This document shows positions 8,270 to 16,561 of a stretch of DNA of 28,028 bases, one piece after another. Where the stretch lies: positions 1-28,028 of the forward strand of contig JALWQP010000092.1 in assembly GCA_027083045.1 (NCBI GenBank), written 5' to 3'. This DNA is from Desulfurococcales archaeon (GTDB taxonomy: Archaea; Thermoproteota; Thermoprotei_A; Sulfolobales; Desulfurococcaceae). The notes beneath the pieces are model-generated. The model saw only the letters and a program-made list of their open reading frames with translations. It made no database searches and was not told the origin of the DNA. The stretch's first letter is position 1. Each line of letters begins with the position of its first letter. A program made the position numbers and the translations under genes.

Positions 8270-9518
8270 GCGATACCCATTATGCGATCATTGTCTCGGA
8301 AGACAGTTCGCTAAGAAAGGAATAGAGATGACGAACAAGGAGCGGGGCCATGCTATAAAGGTATTCCTTAACATGAAGCTATACGATGATTATCAGAATG
8401 GCAGGATAGACAAGGAGCATCTACGGAGTCTTGCAATCAATTCAGGTAAACCCGTAAGCTCGCTTTATGAAAAACTCTATGGCGAAAAAATAGCTGAGGC
8501 GCCATGCGATATCTGTGGTGGAAAAATCAACGAGAAACTCTACGATGAACTAGCTGAGAAAGCCGCCGCCCTCCTCAAAAAAGTCAATGTTTACAGATTC
8601 CTCGTCGGTGTCAGTGTGCCCCAAGAAATCGTTTTGCGCGAAATAGAAGTGTCCAGCTTCAGTGGCCTCGAGTACTCAGAATCAATAAAGAATGAAATCA
8701 AGAGGGAAGTTGGGAAAAGAATAATGCAGATTTACGGCCTAGAGCCCGACTTCGATAAACCTGAAGCAGTAGTTATAATAGATTATGAAACACTGGGTCT
8801 AAGACTCGAGATCAATCCATTGCTTTTTGAGGGAAAATACTGGAAGCGTGGGCGAAACATATCACATACTATATGGACGACGCGCGAGGGCGTAAAGCTA
8901 TATCCATACAGCCTTCAAGAATTCTTCAATGACAGGCTAAAAGAGATCTTTGACGCTGAAGAAGTAGTTATTCATGCAAGTGGTAGAGAAGATGTTGATG
9001 CCAGAATGCTGGGAACAGGCAGACCTCTCGTCATAGAAATAAAGAATCCCCGGTTTAGGTATGTTGATTTAGACTTAGCGAACGAGCTGCTCAAGGGCAC
9101 ACTCATCGAGGCAGTAATCCATGGCGAATCATCGAGGTCTAGAATAGCGTATTTGAAGGGAGAAGCGTCTAAGAAGAAAAAACTCTACAAAGTACTGATC
9201 ATGACGGGGAATCCCGTTAATAGACAGCAACTCGACGAGATCGAGAAGTATTTTACCAATAGAGAGATAAGACAACTAACTCCCCTCAGAATACTTCGTA
9301 GGAAAAAGGAGCACTTGCGAAGAAGAAAAGTATATTTTATGAAAACCAGACAATTGGTTGATAATATGTTTGAAGCCCTCATATACTGTGATGGCGGACT
9401 ATATGTGAAGGAACTTGTACATGGAGATCAAGGCAGAACTGTCCCTAGTATTTCTGATATCTTAGGTGTGCAGGCATATCCTCTTGAACTTGATGTGCTT
9501 GTCGTAGAGCAAGAATAA
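8217..9518 (+). CDS. pus10: tRNA pseudouridine 54/55 synthase Pus10
   Basis: Zn pairs CDHC and CDIC, catalytic HASGREDVDARMLGTGRP, CDGGLYVKELVHGDQGRT. Start is TTG 8217 after a GGAGG SD, or ATG 8187. Confidence 0.95.
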   Translation: MSGESLYDIILTAQKMLERYPLCDHCLGRQFAKKGIEMTNKERGHAIKVFLNMKLYDDYQNGRIDKEHLRSLAINSGKPVSSLYEKLYGEKIAEAPCDICGGKINEKLYDELAEKAAALLKKVNVYRFLVGVSVPQEIVLREIEVSSFSGLEYSESIKNEIKREVGKRIMQIYGLEPDFDKPEAVVIIDYETLGLRLEINPLLFEGKYWKRGRNISHTIWTTREGVKLYPYSLQEFFNDRLKEIFDAEEVVIHASGREDVDARMLGTGRPLVIEIKNPRFRYVDLDLANELLKGTLIEAVIHGESSRSRIAYLKGEASKKKKLYKVLIMTGNPVNRQQLDEIEKYFTNREIRQLTPLRILRRKKEHLRRRKVYFMKTRQLVDNMFEALIYCDGGLYVKELVHGDQGRTVPSISDILGVQAYPLELDVLVVEQE

Positions 9519-9561
9519 TATAATTTAGGAATTTAGTATCAGAAATCCTTATTTAGACACC

Positions 9562-9569
9562 TATATAAT
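9562..9569 (+). promoter_or_regulatory. Candidate TATA box (TATATAAT) for the rpl21e-rpoF unit
   Basis: About 50 bp upstream of the rpl21e ATG; GAAGGTG SD-like motif follows. Confidence 0.45.
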
Positions 9570-9619
9570 CCATCCTATCCAGTGAATTAAATCCGAGAAG
9601 AGACGAAGGTGTAGCATCA

Positions 9620-9916
9620 ATGGTTAGGGCGCCTAGGGGATACAGGCACAGAACCAGGAAAGTGTTCAAGAAACATATCAGAGAGCGGGGCGCAGTACCC
9701 CCTCTAAGCATGCTTTTACACGAATATAAGCCCGGCGATAAAGTACACATAAAGGTAAACCCGGCAATACATCATGGTATGCCACATCGGAGATATCATG
9801 GAAAGACAGGAACAGTTATCGGGAAGAGGGGGAAAGCCTACATAGTCGAAGTATATGTAGGTAATAAGAGAAAAGTGTTATTTGTCCGTCCGGAACACCT
9901 CAGGCCAGCTCCATAA
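9620..9916 (+). CDS. rpl21e: 50S ribosomal protein L21e
   Basis: GYRHRTRKVF, GMPHRRYHGKTG and VRPEHL motifs. Confidence 0.98.
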   Translation: MVRAPRGYRHRTRKVFKKHIRERGAVPPLSMLLHEYKPGDKVHIKVNPAIHHGMPHRRYHGKTGTVIGKRGKAYIVEVYVGNKRKVLFVRPEHLRPAP

Positions 9917-9934
9917 ATTGTGAAATAATTGTTT

Positions 9935-9955
9935 AGTCATAATGGGATTATGACT
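9935..9955. repeat. Perfect 9-bp inverted repeat AGTCATAAT-GGG-ATTATGACT
   Basis: Read directly from the sequence; abuts the GGTGA SD of rpoF (9956-9960). Confidence 0.9.
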
Positions 9956-9966
9956 GGTGATATGTT

Positions 9967-10335
9967 TTGGCTCAAGAACTAGAGGTAGAGGTTTTAAATG
10001 AAGAACATCTCTCAAATCCCGAGGCATTAAAGATATTAAAAAAGATAGTAGGTATTATTGAGGAAAAAGAGGGAAGTGTATCACCACTTCTGGTAAAAAC
10101 ACTACGTTATCTCTCCATATCTTCTAAGATGGAACCTGACGTAGCTATTGCTCTTAAGAAGAAACTGCGCAACTATGGCTTAAAAGATGAAACAATAGTT
10201 ATGCTCATAAACATCTGTCCGCAGACGATTGATGAGGCAAGAATACTTCTCGAGCTGGAGGATAAAGTGTTTGAGACAGACGAGGTACAGGAAATCCTTG
10301 AGACAGTGAAGCCTTACTGTAAGGAAGAACAGTAG
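9967..10335 (+). CDS. rpoF: DNA-directed RNA polymerase subunit F (Rpo4)
   Basis: HRDC-like LSNPEALKIL...LINICPQTIDEARILL; conserved rpl21e-rpoF-DUF655-ksgA order; GGTGA SD with TTG start. Confidence 0.87.
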   Translation: MAQELEVEVLNEEHLSNPEALKILKKIVGIIEEKEGSVSPLLVKTLRYLSISSKMEPDVAIALKKKLRNYGLKDETIVMLINICPQTIDEARILLELEDKVFETDEVQEILETVKPYCKEEQ

Positions 10336-10414
10336 AGGATGGCCTATTTTATCCTGTGAAAGAACATTATTAGTAGGATTTACATAAACAATATTTTATG
10401 ACTAGGCTCTAGGG

Positions 10415-11086
10415 TTGATCAGGTTGCATCCTTATAGGAGGCCAGCACGGCATCACCGGTTCGGCTCACCAGAAGGTAGGCCGCGGATAGATGAGCCAGC
10501 CGTATACATAATTGACTACATGGAGTTCGGCAACCCGACAGATAGGCATCCAGAACATAGAAATAAGCCCCTTGTCCAGGCAGTGGGCACCAAATTCTTC
10601 ACGCTCATTGAAGCGGAGCCCCTCCCAGCTGTCAGGATAGATATTCTTGAGAAAGTAGAGCTGGATCCACATTCTAAGATAAGGCGTCCTATCCCGATAA
10701 CATACGATGATCTAACGAGTGTGGCACGTACAAATCTACCTGAGGCTATTAAGAGGATCATAATCGATAATGAGAGGTTATTCGTGGCGTTCTTTAATCT
10801 CTCACAACCCGTTAATATACGTCTTCATGCACTTGAATTGCTTCCAGGAATAGGTAAAAAGACCATGCGCCATATCCTGGAAGAGCGTAAGAGAAAACCG
10901 TTTGAAAGCTTCAAAGATATTAAAGAACGCACAAAAGTAGATCCGGTTAAAACTCTCACCGAACGGATAATTAGTGAGTTAATGGGAAATGAGAAATACT
11001 ATCTATTCGTAAAACCGCCGAGAAAACAACCGAGCACGCTATATCTTGGATACTTAGAGCGCCTGTATTATGAAGAACTTCTTTAA
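10415..11086 (+). CDS. DUF655 family putative nucleic-acid-binding protein (helix-hairpin-helix)
   Basis: VQAVGTKFFTLIE, RLHALELLPGIGKK and PFESFKDIKER motifs; conserved position. Confidence 0.9.
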   Translation: MIRLHPYRRPARHHRFGSPEGRPRIDEPAVYIIDYMEFGNPTDRHPEHRNKPLVQAVGTKFFTLIEAEPLPAVRIDILEKVELDPHSKIRRPIPITYDDLTSVARTNLPEAIKRIIIDNERLFVAFFNLSQPVNIRLHALELLPGIGKKTMRHILEERKRKPFESFKDIKERTKVDPVKTLTERIISELMGNEKYYLFVKPPRKQPSTLYLGYLERLYYEELL

Positions 11087-11158
11087 CCCTACAAACTATT
11101 TGACATATTCTTTCGAGCAGAGCTCAGCAACTCATTATTTACATGGTGTTTCATCTAA

Positions 11159-11977
11159 TTGTCGACTCCACCACTGCATAATAAGGGATTATTAAGATGG
11201 ACACTTGGGATTCTTCGAGAACATAATATTCGGCCACGTAGAAGGTTTAGCCAGAATTTTGTTGTGTGTACTAGGCTCGTCCGGGATATCCTTTATCATA
11301 TAGAGCAATACTCGCCACCCACAATACTCGAAGTAGGAGCTGGTCTTGGTACTCTCTCATATTTTCTATCACGGCGTTTCAAGGCTACCGTTCATGTAGA
11401 GATCGATCCCATACTTGCGATGATAGCATCAGAGTTTATCCAAGACCCCGCAATACTGATCATTAGCGACGCTCTGGATCTAGAGTGGAATACAAGAGCA
11501 TTGGTTTCGAATACGCCTTACCATATTTCCTCCGATATCTTGGTAAAGACTGCGAAATCGGATAGTGTTGAGGTTGCTATTCTAGTATTGCAGAAAGATG
11601 TTGTTGAAAGATTATGTGCCGAGCCAGGTTCTCCCCAGTATGGTAGAATAACTGTTCTTGTAAAACTAGTGTTCGATGTAAGGCGTGGATCGGTATATCC
11701 GCCTTCTTGTTTTTATCCGAAACCAGATGTTTCTTCCCAAATGATCGTGCTTTCTAGGAGAAGGAAATTCTCTGAATTACCGCCATGTATCGAGGAGGTT
11801 AGCCGGAGATTATTCATTATGAGGCGTAAGAAAGCCCGTAAGGTTATATGTAAGGAACTCGGGATATGCGATGAAAATATACTCAATACTATTGGCGTGG
11901 GGGAGACTACAAGGATATATCAGTTGACTCCAAGGCAAATAGAGGAGCTGGCAAGGCTATGGAGAGGTACATGCTAG
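11159..11977 (+). CDS. ksgA: 16S rRNA dimethyladenosine transferase KsgA/Dim1
   Basis: FSQNFV, LEVGAGLGTLS, SNTPYHISS, QKDVVERL...PGSPQYGRITV and FYPKPDVSS. Confidence 0.92.
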   Translation: MSTPPLHNKGLLRWTLGILREHNIRPRRRFSQNFVVCTRLVRDILYHIEQYSPPTILEVGAGLGTLSYFLSRRFKATVHVEIDPILAMIASEFIQDPAILIISDALDLEWNTRALVSNTPYHISSDILVKTAKSDSVEVAILVLQKDVVERLCAEPGSPQYGRITVLVKLVFDVRRGSVYPPSCFYPKPDVSSQMIVLSRRRKFSELPPCIEEVSRRLFIMRRKKARKVICKELGICDENILNTIGVGETTRIYQLTPRQIEELARLWRGTC

Positions 11978-12594
11978 ATCTGGGATGGGGGAAGATAAGC
12001 ATATACAGGGATGTTTATGAGCCCTCCGATGATACTTGGCTTCTCCTCGAGCTTCTAGAAAAGCATGATGGTGTTCACGATACGTGTATTGAGACATGTG
12101 CTGGCACGGGTGTGCTGGGAACATATTTGCTTGCTAGCGGTAAATGCAGACGTATAATATTTGTTGATGTCAACCATAGAGCGTGTATGAATACGTTACA
12201 TAATCTTGAACTAAATGATCTTCTTGGTAAAGGTGTTGTGCTTAACTCATTATCATTAAAACCTGTTAAGGGGAAATGCGCCGACCTAATAGTTTTTAAC
12301 CCGCCGTATTTGCCCGGCGAATCAAGGGATCTATACGACATGGGGCTTGTTGGAGGTAGAAGAGGCTATGAGACAATAGCAGATATAGTCTCTGGTGCAA
12401 ACAGTGTTCTTAGATATAGGGGCCACATGTTTTTCGTCTATTCTTCCCTTACAGGTAGAAAAAAGGTCGTCGAGCTTCTCGCAAGGAATGGATTTAAGAT
12501 AGTTAGAGAGTTACGGAAACATGTGTTTTTTGAAGATATTTTCGCGGTAGAGGCGATACTTGTTGAAGATAAGGGTTGTACTAGTGGGGGTTGA
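11959..12594 (+). CDS. HemK2/Mtq2-type N5-glutamine methyltransferase (aRF1 methylase)
   Basis: VYEPSDDTWLL, ETCAGTG, FNPPY and VGGRRGYE motifs. Confidence 0.88.
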   Translation: MERYMLDLGWGKISIYRDVYEPSDDTWLLLELLEKHDGVHDTCIETCAGTGVLGTYLLASGKCRRIIFVDVNHRACMNTLHNLELNDLLGKGVVLNSLSLKPVKGKCADLIVFNPPYLPGESRDLYDMGLVGGRRGYETIADIVSGANSVLRYRGHMFFVYSSLTGRKKVVELLARNGFKIVRELRKHVFFEDIFAVEAILVEDKGCTSGG

Positions 12595-13270
12595 AGGCTC
12601 TGTAAATCTCGGGTTTATAGCCCGTACTTGCGTCAATTTTGGTGTTGACGAATTGTTTCTTGTTAATCCACGAGCCGATCTCGATGAAGCCCTCATATAT
12701 AGCGCTAAAGCAAAGGATTTCCTGCGGGGTGCGGTGATAATTAATGATCTCGGCAAAGCATTAGAAGGGGTTGATCTAAGTGTTGCAACTACGGCTAAGG
12801 GGTATAGTAAGGGTGACGCGTTAAGGCAGGCTATAGATATTGTGACGTTTATAGAAATACTTAGAGAGAAGCCTGTAGAGTCTCTTGCACTCGTATTTGG
12901 CCGTGAAAGCACAGGGTTAACGAGGGAGGAACTCAAACAGGCAGACTACCTCGTGACTATCCCGGCTAATCCAGAGTATCCTGTGCTTAATCTGAGCCAG
13001 TCCGTAGCTATCTTCTTGTGGGAGCTCTGGAAGATCCGTGGTATGCAAGCTACTAATGTTCCACCACAGGCTTCTCCGGATGAACTATTATTGCTCGAGA
13101 GGATCATCGGGGAGATAACTGAACGTGTTATAGGTGATGAGGAAAAGAGGCGGAGAGTTTACATGGTTGTGGCGAGAGTATTAAGGAGGGCGCGTCCTAC
13201 GAGGTATGACGCACGTATGTTAACGTATTGGTTCCGCAGAGTACTCAATAAGATCTCTACTCAGGAGTAA
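12560..13270 (+). CDS. trmJ: tRNA 2'-O-methyltransferase TrmJ (SPOUT)
   Basis: NLGFIAR, FGRESTGL and YPVLNLSQSV SPOUT motifs. Confidence 0.9.
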   Translation: MLKIRVVLVGVEGSVNLGFIARTCVNFGVDELFLVNPRADLDEALIYSAKAKDFLRGAVIINDLGKALEGVDLSVATTAKGYSKGDALRQAIDIVTFIEILREKPVESLALVFGRESTGLTREELKQADYLVTIPANPEYPVLNLSQSVAIFLWELWKIRGMQATNVPPQASPDELLLLERIIGEITERVIGDEEKRRRVYMVVARVLRRARPTRYDARMLTYWFRRVLNKISTQE

Positions 13271-13940
13271 TCATTGTCCCCGGATTTCTGCCTTGGACTA
13301 TCTCAAGAATGTGTTCGGGATTACCGTAGTGTGTTATGTAGACTGTTATCTTGCTTCTAATCATGATATCTATTGCATGTCTATCTAGGAGCTGATAGTG
13401 GCCTGGCAATATTCTCTGCTCCATAAGATTTAGGAGCTCTGTTGCTTTTACCCTGGATAATGGCTTAGCGTCTGGATGTTTTTGCGGGTCTTTATCGTAT
13501 ACCATATCTATTACTGAGAGATCGATTACTTTGTCCGAACCTATGGCTTCAGCCGTTTCAACAGCTACCGCTGCTGTTGATTGTCCAGGTATATATCCCC
13601 CAAGAACGACTACCCTATGTGTCTCTAGTTTCTCTCGTGTTTCCCAGGGAGTTCTGGGTATTTCCTCCGGTGCTAGAGGATATAGTGCTTCTGCTATTAG
13701 GAGGGCGTTGAGTCTTGATACAGCTATTCCTATCATGTCAAGCGCATAATAGTTATTGACCCCTATGTTTTCTGCTCTGCTTATATATTGGCGCGCCAGA
13801 TTACCGCCGCCTGTGACCACAGCGACTCTATATTCTTTCGAGACCTGCTTTATAACCGATATAAGTTTCGTCGCTAGTGCTGGGTCGAAGTTGTCGAAGA
13901 ATTTCCCAGTTATCTTTATAACTATTTTTCCACTAGACAT
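13257..13940 (-). CDS. pyrH: UMP kinase
   Basis: VIKITG, VVTGGGNLAR, DMIGIAVSRLNA, PGQSTAAVA and VYDKDP. Start set at ATG 13940 (MSSGK). Confidence 0.95.
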   Translation of the reverse strand: MSSGKIVIKITGKFFDNFDPALATKLISVIKQVSKEYRVAVVTGGGNLARQYISRAENIGVNNYYALDMIGIAVSRLNALLIAEALYPLAPEEIPRTPWETREKLETHRVVVLGGYIPGQSTAAVAVETAEAIGSDKVIDLSVIDMVYDKDPQKHPDAKPLSRVKATELLNLMEQRILPGHYQLLDRHAIDIMIRSKITVYITHYGNPEHILEIVQGRNPGTMITPE

Positions 13941-14664
13941 GACCGTACGCCTTCTTTCCGAGTATTTTTGATATGATCTCAATGTAGGGCTTTGCGTACT
14001 CGGTATTTAAGAATTCTCCGGGTTCATATACTCCTATGAGGACCCCTTCCCTCATATACCCTATTTTCTCACCAAGATACATGGTTTCTATTATGTCGTG
14101 AGTTACATGTATTGTAGTGAAAGAAAGTGTTTCATGTAGCTTTTTCAGGAACTCCATGGACTTCCACCTGATCCCAGGGTCGAGGCTTGAGAGTGGTTCA
14201 TCGAGAAGGAGTATCCTGGGATTCACTATCAGGGCTCTCGCTAGGGCAACCCGCTGTTTTTCTCCACCACTTAGCGTTGCTGGTTTTCGGTGTAGGAGAT
14301 GCTTTATCCCGAGTATCTCGGAGATTTTCTCTATTCTTGACTTTATCTCTTTCTCGCTTATCCCTCTGAGCCTTAGCCCATAGGCTATATTGTTGTAAAC
14401 GCTTAGATGAGGCCATAACGCGTAGTTCTGGGGTACGAGGACTGCTCCTCTTTTCTCGGGCGGTTCACGGGTTACGTCACGCCCATCGATCAGTATTCTT
14501 CCTTTGGCCGGGCGAATGAAGCCTGCGATAGTATGTAGCAATACTGTCTTTCCAACCCCACTAGGCCCCATGATGACCATGTATTCCCCGCTTCTGACTT
14601 CTAGCCGTGGTATTTCTAGCTTGAAGCCGCCGAGGACTACATGGAGGTTCTCTATTTTGATCAT
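13933..14664 (-). CDS. wtpC: Tungstate/molybdate ABC transporter ATPase
   Basis: Walker A GPSGVGKT, Q-loop PQNYAL, signature LSGGEKQR, Walker B LLLDEP and HVTHD; in an operon with wtpA and wtpB. Confidence 0.9.
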   Translation of the reverse strand: MIKIENLHVVLGGFKLEIPRLEVRSGEYMVIMGPSGVGKTVLLHTIAGFIRPAKGRILIDGRDVTREPPEKRGAVLVPQNYALWPHLSVYNNIAYGLRLRGISEKEIKSRIEKISEILGIKHLLHRKPATLSGGEKQRVALARALIVNPRILLLDEPLSSLDPGIRWKSMEFLKKLHETLSFTTIHVTHDIIETMYLGEKIGYMREGVLIGVYEPGEFLNTEYAKPYIEIISKILGKKAYGHV

Positions 14665-15428
14665 TCTCTGTACACCATCCTTAGAGCTATAAACACTGTT
14701 AAGGAGATTGTTATCAGGACGGCTGACAGTATGGCCGCATACTTTAGCCCGTACGTCTGGAAGGCCTCGAGTATGACTATGTTTATCGTCTTTGGGTAAT
14801 AGGCGATTATTAGGATCGAGCCTACCTCACTCATTGCCCTAGCCCATGTTAAGAGGCTCCCCGCTAATATGTTGCGTTTTATGAGTGGTAATGTTATGGT
14901 TGTGAACGCTTTTATCTTGGAGGCGCCCAGGCTTCTCGCCACCAGTTCTAGTTCTTCATCGATTGTTTTGAAGCCTATTTTGAGCGTATCGAACATTATT
15001 GGTAGGCTTACATATGTCATTGCTAGGACTATGCCGTTGAACGTGTCCATTATGTGGAGATTTATGGGTCCTCGTGGACCGAATGTTAGGAGAAGGATAA
15101 TACCGACGACTATGTGGGGTATGAGTAATGGTATATCGATTATGGCTTCAATCACTTTTTTGCCAGGAAACTCTGTACGTGCCAGTACGTAGGCGCTCGG
15201 TATGCCTAGGGCTAAGAGAGATAGTGTTGCGGCTGTGGCCGCTGTTATGCTTGTCATTAGTGCTTTGCGGGCCACCACGAATATCTGCGCGTTTGAACCG
15301 AAAAACTCCGTGTATCCCTGTGGGGGGACTATGAGGTATAGGGATAGGATGGGGGCGACTATGATGAAAAGAGCTATTGTTAATACTCCCGCAAACACCA
15401 GTAGTGTTTTCTCGATGCTAGCCAGCAA
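14661..15428 (-). CDS. wtpB: Tungstate/molybdate ABC transporter permease
   Basis: Several TM helices, IDIPLLIPHIVVG, EAA loop ELELVARSLGAS and WARAMSEVG. Confidence 0.9.
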   Translation of the reverse strand: MLASIEKTLLVFAGVLTIALFIIVAPILSLYLIVPPQGYTEFFGSNAQIFVVARKALMTSITAATAATLSLLALGIPSAYVLARTEFPGKKVIEAIIDIPLLIPHIVVGIILLLTFGPRGPINLHIMDTFNGIVLAMTYVSLPIMFDTLKIGFKTIDEELELVARSLGASKIKAFTTITLPLIKRNILAGSLLTWARAMSEVGSILIIAYYPKTINIVILEAFQTYGLKYAAILSAVLITISLTVFIALRMVYRE

Positions 15429-16446
15429 TACGCTTTATCTCCTCTGGCGGGTTTCCATAGACTAGTGGGTGATCCAATATCTTCTGGCCGCACTGGCTAA
15501 ATATTTCTCTACCTGTGCTCCCTAGTAGCATTTCTACGTATTTTAGTGCTTCTTGGTAATGCTTCGCGTTATCGAGTATAGTTACGCCATAGAGGATCGG
15601 GGCCATCACTATTGGTTTTTCCTGGCTCGTGCCAGCCATTACGTAAACTATTGATTTAGCGTAGAAGCCTGCCTGGGATGGGTAACCCAGGTTCAGCTGT
15701 GGTGGTAGCTCGATATAGCTTAGGTTGTGCTGGACAGCGACGCTCTTGTATTCGAACGCGTAGTCTAGTTGTCCCGATTCTAGGAGACTTATTAGGTCGA
15801 CGCTCTTAGGCCTTATCACTAGGTTGTTATGGACGGCCAGGTTCTCCGGAACGTATATCTCGATCTTATCGTTGCTTATCTTGTACCTTATGTTCGTGTT
15901 TTTGACGATGAGTGTGTCGATTATTGTCTTGTTGTGGTAGTAGAGCGTAGCTAGACCTATGATCCCCACGGCCCTGTAGCCGCATGGGTCGTCGTTGGGG
16001 TTGGAGAACCCCCATTTAACGCCTGGCCTTGCGAGTATCTCGTACCATTTGGAGGGGTCCTTTTCTAGTTCTTCCGCGTACTTGGAGTGCTTTGTGAAGA
16101 CCAGTACGACTTGGTTTGTCGCGAACGCTATGTACCATTTAGTGTAGTTGGGGTATAGATAGTATTTTATTAGCCTGTAATCTGCAACGGCCACTATGTC
16201 AGGCTTCTCGTGCAGCTCTGTTACTTTTCTAATAACCATTAAGCTCCCGCTAGGCACTATCTGTACGTTGATCTTTGTTTGCTGTGTATATGTTTTGGCG
16301 AGTTTCTCTAATGGTATTGTGAGGCTTCCGGCACAGAATATTGCTATTGTTTTTCCCTGCTGAACCGTGTTTATTGCGTAGTAATAGTAACCTATAATTA
16401 TGGACGCTATGACCAGGATTGCAACAATAATTATACCTTTATTCAT
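15418..16446 (-). CDS. wtpA: Tungstate/molybdate-binding protein WtpA
   Basis: AGSL, SGS, VADY, GFSNPNDDPCGYRA and YAFEYKSVAVQH (WtpA-type Asp/Glu ligands). Start ATG 16446 with GGGGTGGA SD; N-terminal membrane anchor. Confidence 0.92.
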   Translation of the reverse strand: MNKGIIIVAILVIASIIIGYYYYAINTVQQGKTIAIFCAGSLTIPLEKLAKTYTQQTKINVQIVPSGSLMVIRKVTELHEKPDIVAVADYRLIKYYLYPNYTKWYIAFATNQVVLVFTKHSKYAEELEKDPSKWYEILARPGVKWGFSNPNDDPCGYRAVGIIGLATLYYHNKTIIDTLIVKNTNIRYKISNDKIEIYVPENLAVHNNLVIRPKSVDLISLLESGQLDYAFEYKSVAVQHNLSYIELPPQLNLGYPSQAGFYAKSIVYVMAGTSQEKPIVMAPILYGVTILDNAKHYQEALKYVEMLLGSTGREIFSQCGQKILDHPLVYGNPPEEIKRIAG

Positions 16447-16561
16447 GTAATCCACCCCATGGAAAAACGATATAAGTAGGAGATATAAATTTCTACCCCT
16501 CTTGACATCCATATGAAGGAGACAATCAGAATTCACACAGCGCTCCGAATGGTGCACTATT

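Noticed and set aside
16465-16492. ModE-like operator upstream of wtpA (AACGATATAAG...GATATAAAT)
   Set aside because: Only the left half resembles the ModE consensus, the right half is the probable TATA box, and no modE gene is in the window.
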